From contig JAQWQE010000010.1 of NCBI GenBank assembly GCA_029244925.1, forward strand, positions 1-61,254: a stretch of DNA of 61,254 nucleotides. The letters run 5' to 3'. Below the pieces are notes generated by a model that was not told the DNA's origin, did not search any database, and saw only the letters and a list, made by a program, of their open reading frames with translations. Source of the stretch: Gammaproteobacteria bacterium. GTDB lineage: Bacteria > Pseudomonadota > Gammaproteobacteria > Steroidobacterales > UBA11654. The position numbers were made by a program, and so were the translations under genes. The number at the start of each line of letters is the position of its first letter. The stretch's first letter is position 1. Positions 29,645-39,787 of the stretch are shown here, in pieces.

Positions 29645-30319
29645 ATGAGAATATTTGATATATTATTTTCATCTCTAGCAATAGCAGTTCTATCGCCATT
29701 ATTTATTTTAGTCATTTTGATCTTAAGATTTACTGGTGAAGGTGAAGTATTCTTTGTACAGAATAGAATAGGGAAAGATGGAAACATATTTGGATTACTA
29801 AAATTTGTAACGATGTTAAAGGATAGCCCCAATATGGCTACAGGGACTGTTACTGTAAAAGGAGATCCTAGAATATTGCCGGTAGGATCACTATTACGAA
29901 AAACCAAGATCAATGAACTACCACAACTACTTAATATCCTAAAGGCTGACATGAGTGTAATTGGCCCAAGACCTTTAACGTATGATTCATTTTCAGCTTA
30001 CCCAAAAGAAACTCAAGATATTATCAAAAAAGTTCGTCCTGGTTTATCAGGAATAGGCTCCATTATATTCAGACAAGAAGAAGAGATATTATCTGGAGAG
30101 AAGAGAGGAATAGATTTCTACAAAAATACCTTGGCACCCTATAAGGGGAAGTTAGAAGAATGGTTTGTAGAACATAAAAGTATAAAGGTATATTTTTCAG
30201 CAATATTAGTCACTATTTGGGTAGTTATCTCTCCACAGTCGAATATACCATGGTCGATCTTTAAAGATCTTCCTGAACCTCCAGATCAACTAAAAAACCT
30301 ATTAAATTATCCTAATTAG
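29645..30319 (+). CDS. Monotopic phosphoglycosyl (sugar) transferase, PglC-like
   Basis: RIFDI, DPRI..VG..LRKTKINELPQL.NIL..DMS.IGPRP, RPGLSG. Confidence 0.9.
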   Translation: MRIFDILFSSLAIAVLSPLFILVILILRFTGEGEVFFVQNRIGKDGNIFGLLKFVTMLKDSPNMATGTVTVKGDPRILPVGSLLRKTKINELPQLLNILKADMSVIGPRPLTYDSFSAYPKETQDIIKKVRPGLSGIGSIIFRQEEEILSGEKRGIDFYKNTLAPYKGKLEEWFVEHKSIKVYFSAILVTIWVVISPQSNIPWSIFKDLPEPPDQLKNLLNYPN

Positions 30320-30363
30320 AATCTAGTATCTAAAACTCAATAAGATTTAAGATCAATTAAATA

Positions 30364-31950
30364 ATGAGAGGCTTCATGCAATTAATAAGTCAGATTTCAC
30401 AAAAAATCAAAACATTTGGCTATCTTTTTTCTTTGAGTGATGCCGATAAGAAATTTATAAAATTTTCAAAAAAACAATGGAGAAAAAATAAATATGATGA
30501 CACTGATGGAGAGCTACTAGTTGATCAAATGTTTTATGATCTATATATTTTTCAATTATCTTATATAACTAACTTTTTTCTTGAAAAGTATAATATTGCT
30601 CCTAAACATTTCCACTTTATCTCAAGAGAAAAGATTTTCTTAAGAATATTCTTTCAGTTTTTTAGACGTTTTTCTAGAGTAGATAAACTGTATACATCAT
30701 TTAACTGTAAATTTTCTTTAGGACAAAAATACTATAAAAAATCTATCCAAATAGCTGAAGAACTTGAATTTAAGTCAAAAGAAGAGTTATTAAACTTTAC
30801 ATATGAAGGAGTCAAATTAGGTGACTTAGTTTATGATACTTATCTCAGGATGTATCTTGAACCAACGGTTGATCTAGCAGACAAAAGACTAAAGAATGTT
30901 TTAATTAATGCTCTAGATATCTACTTTACTTCCAAAGAATATCTTAATAATAATGATGTAAAGAAAATAGTTCTAAGCCATGCAGTTTACATTCAGTATG
31001 CAATTCTTGGCAGAATAGGCTTGTCTCTTGGCATAGATGTATACATCTTTTCTTGGGAAAGAGTAGTGCATAAACTGACATCTGATCACCTTGTACCGAC
31101 ACCAAGACATCTAGAATATAAAGAAATATTTGAAAAGAAATCTAATAAGTCAGATCATAAGAATCAATCTAGAAAAATATTGAATGATAGACTCAATGGG
31201 CAAATAGACAGAGGTATTGCATATATGAAAACATCACCATATGCTGATACATCAGATCCAAATCAAAAAATATTTCTCAACAATGGTAAGCCTAAAGTAG
31301 CTTTGATGATGCATTGTTTCTATGACGCACCACACATATATAAAAATATGATCTTTGAAGATTTTTTTGAGTGGATTGAATTTGTTTTTTCAAGGGTAGA
31401 AAAAATGGATGTTGATTTCGTAGTGAAACCACACCCTAATGCTCAACCTTTAAATAATGAAATCATTGAAAATTTTAAGAAAAAATATCCAAATATTCGT
31501 TTCTTAGATAAAAATACCTCAAATAAAAAAATAATTGCAGAAGGAATTGATCTGCTACTAACTGTTTACGGAACAGTGGGACATGAATTCGCATATCATG
31601 ATGTTAAAGTTCTTATGGCTGGTGATAACCCTACCGCCGCTTATAATTTTTCATTGCTTCCATCTTCAAAAGACCAATATGAATATTATTTAATGAATAT
31701 AGACCAGATAGAATTAGAGATTAATAAAAAAGATATTGAAGAGTTTTTTTATATGCACTATCTAAACATAGGTGAGGGTAGAATAGAGGGAAACAATGAT
31801 TTATTTTTTGTTAGAAAGCGTGATTATGATCCGTCTAATAAAGATATGTTTATTGAGCTCATAGATGATGCGTCTTCAAAGAAATTTGATTGTATATTTG
31901 ATTCATTCTCTAAGGCAATAGAGCAGGTTGATTCTAGAACAACAGATTAA
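30364..31950 (+). CDS. Capsule-biosynthesis protein, KpsS/Capsule_synth-like GT-B; possible CMP-ulosonate transferase
   Basis: C-terminal VVKPHP and TVYGTVGHE motifs; soluble 528 aa. Confidence 0.55.
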   Translation: MRGFMQLISQISQKIKTFGYLFSLSDADKKFIKFSKKQWRKNKYDDTDGELLVDQMFYDLYIFQLSYITNFFLEKYNIAPKHFHFISREKIFLRIFFQFFRRFSRVDKLYTSFNCKFSLGQKYYKKSIQIAEELEFKSKEELLNFTYEGVKLGDLVYDTYLRMYLEPTVDLADKRLKNVLINALDIYFTSKEYLNNNDVKKIVLSHAVYIQYAILGRIGLSLGIDVYIFSWERVVHKLTSDHLVPTPRHLEYKEIFEKKSNKSDHKNQSRKILNDRLNGQIDRGIAYMKTSPYADTSDPNQKIFLNNGKPKVALMMHCFYDAPHIYKNMIFEDFFEWIEFVFSRVEKMDVDFVVKPHPNAQPLNNEIIENFKKKYPNIRFLDKNTSNKKIIAEGIDLLLTVYGTVGHEFAYHDVKVLMAGDNPTAAYNFSLLPSSKDQYEYYLMNIDQIELEINKKDIEEFFYMHYLNIGEGRIEGNNDLFFVRKRDYDPSNKDMFIELIDDASSKKFDCIFDSFSKAIEQVDSRTTD

Positions 31951-31971
31951 TGATTATTAAAGTTTTTAAAA

Positions 31972-33036
31972 ATGAATCACAAAGTAAATAGTCCTGTATT
32001 CATTACAGGTGTTTATAGAAGCGGTACCACAATTCTCACCGGTATTCTTGGTGCGCATGAGGAACTTGATATAAGCCATCCTTCTGTTCAATATTTTAGA
32101 TACATCTTAAAAAAGAATATTTCTCCTCATGATTACAAAGAAATTGTTCATTCTGTATCAGAGAGAGTGAATTTAAGATATGGCATTAAGCTAAATATAG
32201 AGAGAATAATTAGTGATATTAATGTGGGAATCTCTATAGAAGGAATTTGTCATAAAATAATTTACGATTCTATTATGAGATCACTTTATTTGAATAGCGG
32301 TAAGAGGTGGGGTGAGAAAAGCTTATTAGAGTGGACAAATATTCCGACATTTCTAGAAATGTTTCCAAAAGGAAAAACTATACACATTATAAGGGATCCT
32401 AGAGATGTCTTGGCCTCCTATAAAAATATGACATATGAAACAGGCGATAAGTATTTAGATGCTGTATTTAATTGCTTAGACTCAATGCAACATGCAAAAA
32501 AATATATCTCTAGCCTTCCCAAAGAACAATATTGTTTAGTATATTTCGAAGATCTTATTTCTAATAGAATTAGAGAAGTAGAACGGATATGTTCTTTTCT
32601 AGAAATAGGATTTGATAAATCATTATATAAAGAGGATAAAATAAAAGAAGGTGTTGGAGAAGGTTCTGTGAATTTAACTACAGCTAGCCATTCTTCTTTC
32701 CCTGAAGATATTGGGAATTCATTCAAAAGATGGGATACAAAACTTTCGAAAAACGAAATTTCTTTTACTGAGTCAATTTTATCTACAATGATGAGTGAAT
32801 TTGAATATGAACTTTCTCAATCATCTAAAAATAATCATATAGCATGGCTTGAGAAAATTATGAGTGATAATGCATTGATCAAAAAAAGATTCATAAATTT
32901 TCTTAAGACTGGCAAAGGCGTAGAGGAATTCCCCAGCGACCCCACAGATCCAAAAAATTGGTCAACTTCAACAAAAGAGCAAGGAAAGGTTCAAGGTAAA
33001 GGAGCTGCAGCTGCTTACAAGAAACTAAATACTTAA
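31972..33036 (+). CDS. PAPS-dependent sulfotransferase
   Basis: 5'-PSB loop ITGVYRSGTT, WGEKS, 3'-PB IIRDPRDVLAS, FEDL. Confidence 0.88.
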   Translation: MNHKVNSPVFITGVYRSGTTILTGILGAHEELDISHPSVQYFRYILKKNISPHDYKEIVHSVSERVNLRYGIKLNIERIISDINVGISIEGICHKIIYDSIMRSLYLNSGKRWGEKSLLEWTNIPTFLEMFPKGKTIHIIRDPRDVLASYKNMTYETGDKYLDAVFNCLDSMQHAKKYISSLPKEQYCLVYFEDLISNRIREVERICSFLEIGFDKSLYKEDKIKEGVGEGSVNLTTASHSSFPEDIGNSFKRWDTKLSKNEISFTESILSTMMSEFEYELSQSSKNNHIAWLEKIMSDNALIKKRFINFLKTGKGVEEFPSDPTDPKNWSTSTKEQGKVQGKGAAAAYKKLNT

Positions 33037-33076
33037 TTAATGGTTTGTAATTATCTTTCTAGAAAGGAATATAGTT

Positions 33077-33892
33077 TTGATTAAGAAACTTAAATTAATA
33101 TTACGGTTATTTATCCCCCCTTTTGTTAATGAGTGTAGGAAATTTGTTAATAGAAATAATAGGATAACTTTTAAGGGTAAATATACTTCTTGGGAAGAAG
33201 CGCTAATTGCATCCAAAGGTGGTTATGACTCACCAGCAATCTTAGAGAAAGTAAAAGACGCATCACTTAAAGTAAAAAAAGGTGAAGCTATTTTTGAAAG
33301 AGATTCTGTTTGTTTTTATGAAGAGGATTACAGATGGCCATTGCTGTCTTCATTGCTTTTTATAGCAAACATTAATGACTCCAAACTTAAAGTATTGGAC
33401 TTTGGAGGTTCTCTAGGAAGTTTTTACAATCAGCATAAAAAATATATGAGAGGCATTAAAGATCTTAAGTGGTATATAGTAGAGCAAGAAAATTTTGTAG
33501 AATGTGGAAAATCAGAATTTCAAAGCGATGTGTTAAGATTTAAAGGAACAATTAGCGAATGCTTGAAGGAAAGCTCAATTGATGTTGTTTTATTGTCTAG
33601 TGTTATTCAGTATTTACAATCACCTTATTCAATTATTAGTGACATTTTTAATGCTAATCCAGATTTTATTTTAATTGATCGAACTCCATATATTAATGAA
33701 GATAATGATATGATCAAAAATCAGCATATACCTCTATCCAAGGGGGGAGGATCTTATCCTTCTTGGTTTTTTTCAAAAGAAAAGTTTTTGTCAACATTCA
33801 AAGAAGCAGGCTATGAATGCCTAATTGAATTTGATTGTGATGAAGACTTTGGTGTTGGGGACTTTAAAGGAATGTTTTTTGGGAAATGTTGA
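33077..33892 (+). CDS. Putative methyltransferase of the family found in polysaccharide loci (LIC12133-like)
   Basis: FERDSV, VLDFGGSLG, W.IVEQ..FV..G, SSVIQY. Confidence 0.8.
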   Translation: MIKKLKLILRLFIPPFVNECRKFVNRNNRITFKGKYTSWEEALIASKGGYDSPAILEKVKDASLKVKKGEAIFERDSVCFYEEDYRWPLLSSLLFIANINDSKLKVLDFGGSLGSFYNQHKKYMRGIKDLKWYIVEQENFVECGKSEFQSDVLRFKGTISECLKESSIDVVLLSSVIQYLQSPYSIISDIFNANPDFILIDRTPYINEDNDMIKNQHIPLSKGGGSYPSWFFSKEKFLSTFKEAGYECLIEFDCDEDFGVGDFKGMFFGKC

Positions 33893-34608
33893 AGAGTAAA
33901 CTACGTTATATTTATGAGAAAGAGATGTATTTTCCTTCTTTGCTATCTCTATTTATAAACCCCTTCTATTTTGGTAGAAAAGGTTTGTATGAGAATGTAA
34001 AAGATTTGGCATCAAATATTACTGGTAAGACATTAGATGTAGGCTGTGGGTTAAAGCCTTATCAAAAGCTGTATCATTCATCTGAATATATTGGTCTAGA
34101 GTATGACACGCCTGAAAATAGAGAATCAAAGAACGCAGATTATTTTTATGATGGAACTACATTCCCGTTCGAGAAGAGCTCCTTTGATTCAGTGGTTGTG
34201 AATGAGGTCTTTGAGCATGTATTTAATCCAAATAATTTTCTAAAACAAATAAATGAAGTTCTTAAAAAAGATGGGATCTTATTTATGACGATGCCTTTTG
34301 CATGGGATGAACATGAACAACCATTTGACTATGCTCGATATACTTCATTCGGGATTTCTTCAATACTAAAAAAACATGGCTTTGAAATAATCACACAAAG
34401 AAAATCTGTCAGTGATATAAGAGTTATCTTTCAGCAATTAAATCTCTACATATGGAAAAAGCTTAGAACTAAAAGTGGTATTTTAAATCAAATAATCATC
34501 TTATTTCTGATATCACCTTTTAATATTCTAGGGGAAATTCTAAATCTTATACTTCCTAATAACCCAGATTTATATTTAGACAATATCGTTCTAGCCCGAA
34601 AGGTGTAA
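33886..34608 (+). CDS. Class I SAM-dependent methyltransferase
   Basis: LDVGCG.KPY, FDSV...EVFEHV, H.QP.DY.RYT. Confidence 0.88.
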   Translation: MLKSKLRYIYEKEMYFPSLLSLFINPFYFGRKGLYENVKDLASNITGKTLDVGCGLKPYQKLYHSSEYIGLEYDTPENRESKNADYFYDGTTFPFEKSSFDSVVVNEVFEHVFNPNNFLKQINEVLKKDGILFMTMPFAWDEHEQPFDYARYTSFGISSILKKHGFEIITQRKSVSDIRVIFQQLNLYIWKKLRTKSGILNQIIILFLISPFNILGEILNLILPNNPDLYLDNIVLARKV

Positions 34609-34609
34609 T

Positions 34610-35593
34610 TTGATTGAATCAAATTTTAAGGATAAGAAGATATGTATTACTGGCGGCGCTGGTTTTATAGGTTCTGCAATTGCTAACCGACTTTTTGGAA
34701 TAGCTGAAATTACTATTGTCGATTCTTTGATACCAGAATATGGTGGGAATTTACATAATATTGAAAAAATTAAAGACCATATAAAATTTGATATTGCTGA
34801 TGTTAGAGAAAAGGATGTAATCGAGAACTTAGTTAAGGATATGGATTATATTTTTAACATGGCTGGACAAACTAGCCATATGGACTCAATGACAGATCCT
34901 CATACAGATTTAGAAATTAACGCTCGTGCTCAACTCTCAATATTGGAAGCAATCAGACAGCACAACCCAAAAGTAAAAATTATTTTTGCTAGTACTAGAC
35001 AAATATATGGTAGGCCAGACAATCTTCCTGTTGATGAGAGCCACCCAATTAGACCAGTAGATGTTAACGGAATAAATAAGAATGCTGGTGAGCAATATCA
35101 CAAACTTTACAATGATGTCTATGGAATTCAAACAAGCATATTAAGGCTTACAAATACTTATGGTCCTGGCATGAGAGTAAAAGATGCCAGGCAAACATTC
35201 GTAGGAATATGGATACAAAAAATATTAAAGGGTGAGGATTTTGAAGTTTGGGGAGGAGACCAACTTCGTGACTTTAATTATGTTGATGATGTAGTAGATG
35301 CCTTTCTTAAGGTGGCTATTAATAAGAATGCGAATGGTGAAATATTTAATCTGGGTTCCGATGAAGTTATAACTCTAAATGAACTCGCTGATGCTCTTAT
35401 TGAAGTATATGGTTCAGGGAATTACAAAATTAGAAATTTTCCTGAAGATAGAAAAAAAATTGATATTGGTGATTATTATTCCGACTACTCTAAAATAAAT
35501 GAACTTTTGGAATGGCATCCATCAGTCAATATTAAAGAAGGTCTCAGGAAAACTTTAGATTACTATAAGCAACACGGAGAATATTACTTATGA
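34610..35593 (+). CDS. NAD-dependent epimerase/dehydratase
   Basis: [32 protein letters not shown]. Confidence 0.88.
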   Translation: MIESNFKDKKICITGGAGFIGSAIANRLFGIAEITIVDSLIPEYGGNLHNIEKIKDHIKFDIADVREKDVIENLVKDMDYIFNMAGQTSHMDSMTDPHTDLEINARAQLSILEAIRQHNPKVKIIFASTRQIYGRPDNLPVDESHPIRPVDVNGINKNAGEQYHKLYNDVYGIQTSILRLTNTYGPGMRVKDARQTFVGIWIQKILKGEDFEVWGGDQLRDFNYVDDVVDAFLKVAINKNANGEIFNLGSDEVITLNELADALIEVYGSGNYKIRNFPEDRKKIDIGDYYSDYSKINELLEWHPSVNIKEGLRKTLDYYKQHGEYYL

Positions 35594-36693
35594 TTCCACA
35601 ATGTAACCCCAAAGCTAATTATAAGAAATATAGAGAAGAAATAGATAAGGCTATCAGCACAGTTTTATCTAGCGGAAGCTATGTTTTGGGAGAACAGGTA
35701 ACTAGTTTTGAAGATGAATTCTCATCGTTTCTAGGGATCTCAGAAACAATTGGGGTAGCGAACGGGACAGATGCAATAGAATTAGCATTGCGAGCTTGCA
35801 AAATAGGTAACTCAGATCTAGTAGCTACAGTCTCACACACTGCAGTTGCTACCGTTTCTGCAATCCGTCGAGTCGGAGCTAAACCAATATTTGTAGATAT
35901 TGAAGAAGATTTTTTTACCATGTCTCCCAAATCTCTTGCAGCAGTCATCAATGATTATGATATCAAGGCAATAATTGTTGTGCATATCTATGGTCAAATG
36001 GCAGATATGCAAGGAATTCTTGATCTTGCTAAGCAGAAAGACATACCCGTTATTGAGGATTGCGCTCAGGCTCATGGCGCTACACAAGAATCCAAAATGG
36101 CTGGCACTTGGGGAGATATTGGTTGTTTTAGTTTCTATCCAACAAAAAATCTAGGGGCAATAGGTGATGCGGGCGCCGTGGTTACAAATAACGTGGAAAT
36201 AGCAAATAGATTGAGAGAAATTAGACAATATGGATGGAAGGAAAGATATATATCCATTAGAGAAGGCATTAATAGTAGGTTAGATGAAATTCAAGCTGCA
36301 GTATTGAGGGTAAAACTGAAATATTTGAGCATGGATAATAACCATCGCAAAGAAATTGCAGCGTTATATAACAAAAATATGGACAATCTAAATCATATTA
36401 TTGTTCCTAAATTAAGAACAGGAAATGAACATGTTTATCATCAATACGTTATTTTATCTGAACACAGAGACATCATAAGAAGAGAGTTAGAGGAAGATGG
36501 AATATTTTGTGGAATACACTATCCAAAGCCAGTTCACCTGCAGAGTATTTATCATAAAAATTCCTATAACATTCTAGACCTTAATGTAACAGAGCAATTT
36601 TCAGGTCAAATATTAAGTTTGCCTATGTATCCCGAACTTAATCTGGAGGAGGCTAGAGAAGTGACAGCAAGGATAAAAAATATAAAGCTTTGA
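35590..36693 (+). CDS. DegT/DnrJ/EryC1/StrS PLP-dependent sugar aminotransferase
   Basis: NGTDA, VHIYGQ, EDCAQAHG, FSFYPTKNLGA.GDAG, NSRLDE.QAA. Confidence 0.92.
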   Translation: MIPQCNPKANYKKYREEIDKAISTVLSSGSYVLGEQVTSFEDEFSSFLGISETIGVANGTDAIELALRACKIGNSDLVATVSHTAVATVSAIRRVGAKPIFVDIEEDFFTMSPKSLAAVINDYDIKAIIVVHIYGQMADMQGILDLAKQKDIPVIEDCAQAHGATQESKMAGTWGDIGCFSFYPTKNLGAIGDAGAVVTNNVEIANRLREIRQYGWKERYISIREGINSRLDEIQAAVLRVKLKYLSMDNNHRKEIAALYNKNMDNLNHIIVPKLRTGNEHVYHQYVILSEHRDIIRRELEEDGIFCGIHYPKPVHLQSIYHKNSYNILDLNVTEQFSGQILSLPMYPELNLEEAREVTARIKNIKL

Positions 36694-37640
36694 TTATGTA
36701 TAATTTCTGTACATATTTTGATAGTAATTATATCTCTCATGGTTTGAGTCTTTTCAAATCAATAATAAAGCATAGTGAAGAGCCAATAAATTTTTATGTA
36801 CTATGCTTGGATGAAAAAACATTTCAGGTCCTAACTGATCAGAAGAATAAAAACCTAATTCCATTGAAATTAAGTGATATCGAGAATGAATATTCAGAAT
36901 TATTGGAAGCCAAAAAAAACAGAAGCAGGATAGAATATTACTTCACACTAAGTCCGGTTCTGCCTTTATATCTTATTGAGAAGTTACAACTTGATCTAAT
37001 AGCATCTATTGATGCTGATTTAATGTTTTTTTCATCTCCTACTCCAATTTTTCAAGAGATGGGAGAAAATTCAATATATATTACAGAGCATAGATTTAGA
37101 GAGAAATTTAAATCCCATGAGATTGCAGGAAAGTATAATGTTCAATGTCAGATATTTAGAAATGATAAATGGGGCCTAAGTTGCCTGAAAAGATGGAAAG
37201 ATCAATGTATAGATTGGTGCTTTGACAAGTTTGAGAATGACAAATTTGCTGATCAGAAATATCTAGATGAATGGCCAAGTAGATATAAAAATCATATTGT
37301 TGTTTCTGAGAATATTGGCATTGGGGTAGCTCCTTGGAATATTGAAGGAGAAAATATTTCTATCAGAGATAAGCAATTTTTTATAAACCACAAACCTATA
37401 ATATTTTATCATTTCCATGGACTTAAGATATTTAATAAATATCTAGCAAAAACCGGCCTAAGTGGTTTTCACGCAAAGTTAACTTCACCAGTTAAAGGAT
37501 TGTATCTCAACTACATAAATGAGTTATCTAGTAATTCAATCCCAATTAAGAAAAAAGAAATCAGACCGGGTAATTTTGGAAATATCCGCTTAATAATGAG
37601 CGGTATAAAATATAGAGACCTTATTTTAAACTTTAGCTAG
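36690..37640 (+). CDS. Putative GT-A-fold glycosyltransferase
   Basis: FCTYFD.NY, DAD (DxD), DQKYLD.WP, APWN, FYHFH. Confidence 0.7.
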   Translation: MIMYNFCTYFDSNYISHGLSLFKSIIKHSEEPINFYVLCLDEKTFQVLTDQKNKNLIPLKLSDIENEYSELLEAKKNRSRIEYYFTLSPVLPLYLIEKLQLDLIASIDADLMFFSSPTPIFQEMGENSIYITEHRFREKFKSHEIAGKYNVQCQIFRNDKWGLSCLKRWKDQCIDWCFDKFENDKFADQKYLDEWPSRYKNHIVVSENIGIGVAPWNIEGENISIRDKQFFINHKPIIFYHFHGLKIFNKYLAKTGLSGFHAKLTSPVKGLYLNYINELSSNSIPIKKKEIRPGNFGNIRLIMSGIKYRDLILNFS

Positions 37641-37647
37641 ATATTTT

Positions 37648-38868
37648 TTGATGATAAGAACACTTTATCTATCTTATGATGGGATGACTGATACACTTGG
37701 TCAATCTCAAGTCTTACCCTATTTAAAACAAATTTCAGCAAATAAAGAAATCCATATCATTAGTTGCGAAAAACCGTCTAACTTTAGAAGAAATAAATCA
37801 AAAATAGAGAAAATAATAGATGGCACTAATATTTATTGGCATCCACTTAAATATAATAAGTTTCCTCCAGTTATTTCGACACTTTGGGATTTATGGAAAA
37901 TCAAAAAATTAGCACTTAAACTAAACAAAGTTTATAAGTTTAAATTGATTCATTGCAGAAGCCATTTAATGGCTTTATTGGGTTTGTCTCTTAAGCTGAC
38001 TATTAATACTCCATTTTTATTTGATATGAGATCTTTTTTCCCTGAGGAAAGAGTTGACGGGAATTTATGGCCTCAAAATAATCCAATCTATAGGTTAATT
38101 TTTAATTACTTCAAAAGAAAGGAATTAGAAATGTTTAATGCTGCCTCTCATGTAGTAGTTTTAACTGAAGCTTCAAGCAAAATTCTAAAATCTGAGTATC
38201 ATCTTGAAAATATTTCGGTAATACCTTGTTGTGCAGATTTTGAGTTATTTAATTATAAGAGTGTGACACCACAAGACATCATAGAGGTAAAAAAGAAGCT
38301 TAAAGTCGATAATGATCAATTTGTTTTATCATATTTGGGGTCATTAGGAACTTGGTATGAGCTTGATAAAATGTTGAAATTTTTCAAACAAATAAAAGAA
38401 GTTCATACTGATTCAGTTTTTGTCTTCTTTACGCCAACAGATCCAGAAATAATTTTCTCTAAGTTAAAAGCACATAATTTGTGCAAATCTGATGTAAGAG
38501 TTAGCTTCATTCAACGCTCAGAACTACCAAAATATTTATCTGCTAGCTCAATTTCAATATTTTTTATCAAAAATACTTTCTCAAAAAAAGCATCATCACC
38601 TACTAAACATGCTGAGTTAATGGGATTAGGGATACCTGTCATAGCAAATTACGGTATTGGGGATATAGACACCATCATAGAAAATACAAAAACTGGCCAA
38701 TTAATAAATATGAACGACTCTCAATCAATTATCAAAGTAATAAAATCACTGAGCGATTTGGCTAAAATAGATAAAGCTATGATTAGAGCCAAAGGAAGAG
38801 CAATATACTCATTGAGCAAAGGTTGCGAGAGTTATGAGAATATTTATTCGAAAATTATAAAAAACTAA
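37648..38868 (+). CDS. GT4 glycosyltransferase
   Basis: YDGMTD.LGQSQV.PY, YLGSLG.WY, SPTK.AE...GIPVI. Confidence 0.85.
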   Translation: MMIRTLYLSYDGMTDTLGQSQVLPYLKQISANKEIHIISCEKPSNFRRNKSKIEKIIDGTNIYWHPLKYNKFPPVISTLWDLWKIKKLALKLNKVYKFKLIHCRSHLMALLGLSLKLTINTPFLFDMRSFFPEERVDGNLWPQNNPIYRLIFNYFKRKELEMFNAASHVVVLTEASSKILKSEYHLENISVIPCCADFELFNYKSVTPQDIIEVKKKLKVDNDQFVLSYLGSLGTWYELDKMLKFFKQIKEVHTDSVFVFFTPTDPEIIFSKLKAHNLCKSDVRVSFIQRSELPKYLSASSISIFFIKNTFSKKASSPTKHAELMGLGIPVIANYGIGDIDTIIENTKTGQLINMNDSQSIIKVIKSLSDLAKIDKAMIRAKGRAIYSLSKGCESYENIYSKIIKN

Positions 38869-38878
38869 GGATTTTATT

Positions 38879-39787
38879 TTGAAAATAGGCATTGCAATAT
38901 CAAATTATAAAAATGATGAACAAGTTTTACATCTTATAAATAGAATATCTAAGGAAGAGTGGGATGTAGAAGGAATCATTGTGATTGATTCATTGGGGGA
39001 TGCCAAATTCATTAAAGATCTAGATGAAAAAGTATCTGAGAAAATCATCTATAAAAACTATGATTATAATTTAGGTTCAGCTGGAAATTTATCTAAGAGA
39101 TTATTACTTGCTAGAGAGCAAAATTGGGATTTTGTACTCGCATTAAATCATGATGCTTTGGTAACCAAATCAACTTTTGAAGCGCTCATAAAACATACTG
39201 ACATAGAATCTTTAGGAGCCTTATATCCCTCAAAATATTATACAGACAAGGGCTTTTATGATTTTTCAGGAACAAGAGAAGTTGGACCTTGGCGTTCATT
39301 TGGGCCTTCAACCAAACCCGATGAAAAATTGATTTCTCATATTTGGAGCAGTTCTAACGGAGCTTTGTATAGTTTAAACCCGATAAGAGAAGGAATTATT
39401 CCAAGGGAAGAGTTATGGATGGGATGGGAAGATTATTTATTTGGACTAGACTTAAGGAAGGCTGGTTATAAACAATATTTAGTTTGTGATGCAACATGCG
39501 ACGATAATTATGAATTTCAAGAAAAGGATTTTGGAATCTTCAAAATTAAATTAGCAGCAAAACCTCAATGGTATCATTATTATCGTACACGTAACCTTTG
39601 GTTGATTGCGTGTCATTACCATAGAAGTTTTATTAGGATTATCTTCGTTTTTATAAGAACACTTGCTGAAACAGTTTTAATAGCATCTGGTTGGGAAAGA
39701 ATAAACAAGTTCAATGCCTTAAAGCTCCAATTTAAAGGCTTTATTGATGGTTTGTTAAACCAAAAGGGCAAAAGAGAGATATCTTAA
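38879..39787 (+). CDS. GT2 glycosyltransferase, possibly rhamnosyltransferase
   Basis: NLGSAG, LNHDA, WED, YY..RN. Confidence 0.75.
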   Translation: MKIGIAISNYKNDEQVLHLINRISKEEWDVEGIIVIDSLGDAKFIKDLDEKVSEKIIYKNYDYNLGSAGNLSKRLLLAREQNWDFVLALNHDALVTKSTFEALIKHTDIESLGALYPSKYYTDKGFYDFSGTREVGPWRSFGPSTKPDEKLISHIWSSSNGALYSLNPIREGIIPREELWMGWEDYLFGLDLRKAGYKQYLVCDATCDDNYEFQEKDFGIFKIKLAAKPQWYHYYRTRNLWLIACHYHRSFIRIIFVFIRTLAETVLIASGWERINKFNALKLQFKGFIDGLLNQKGKREIS

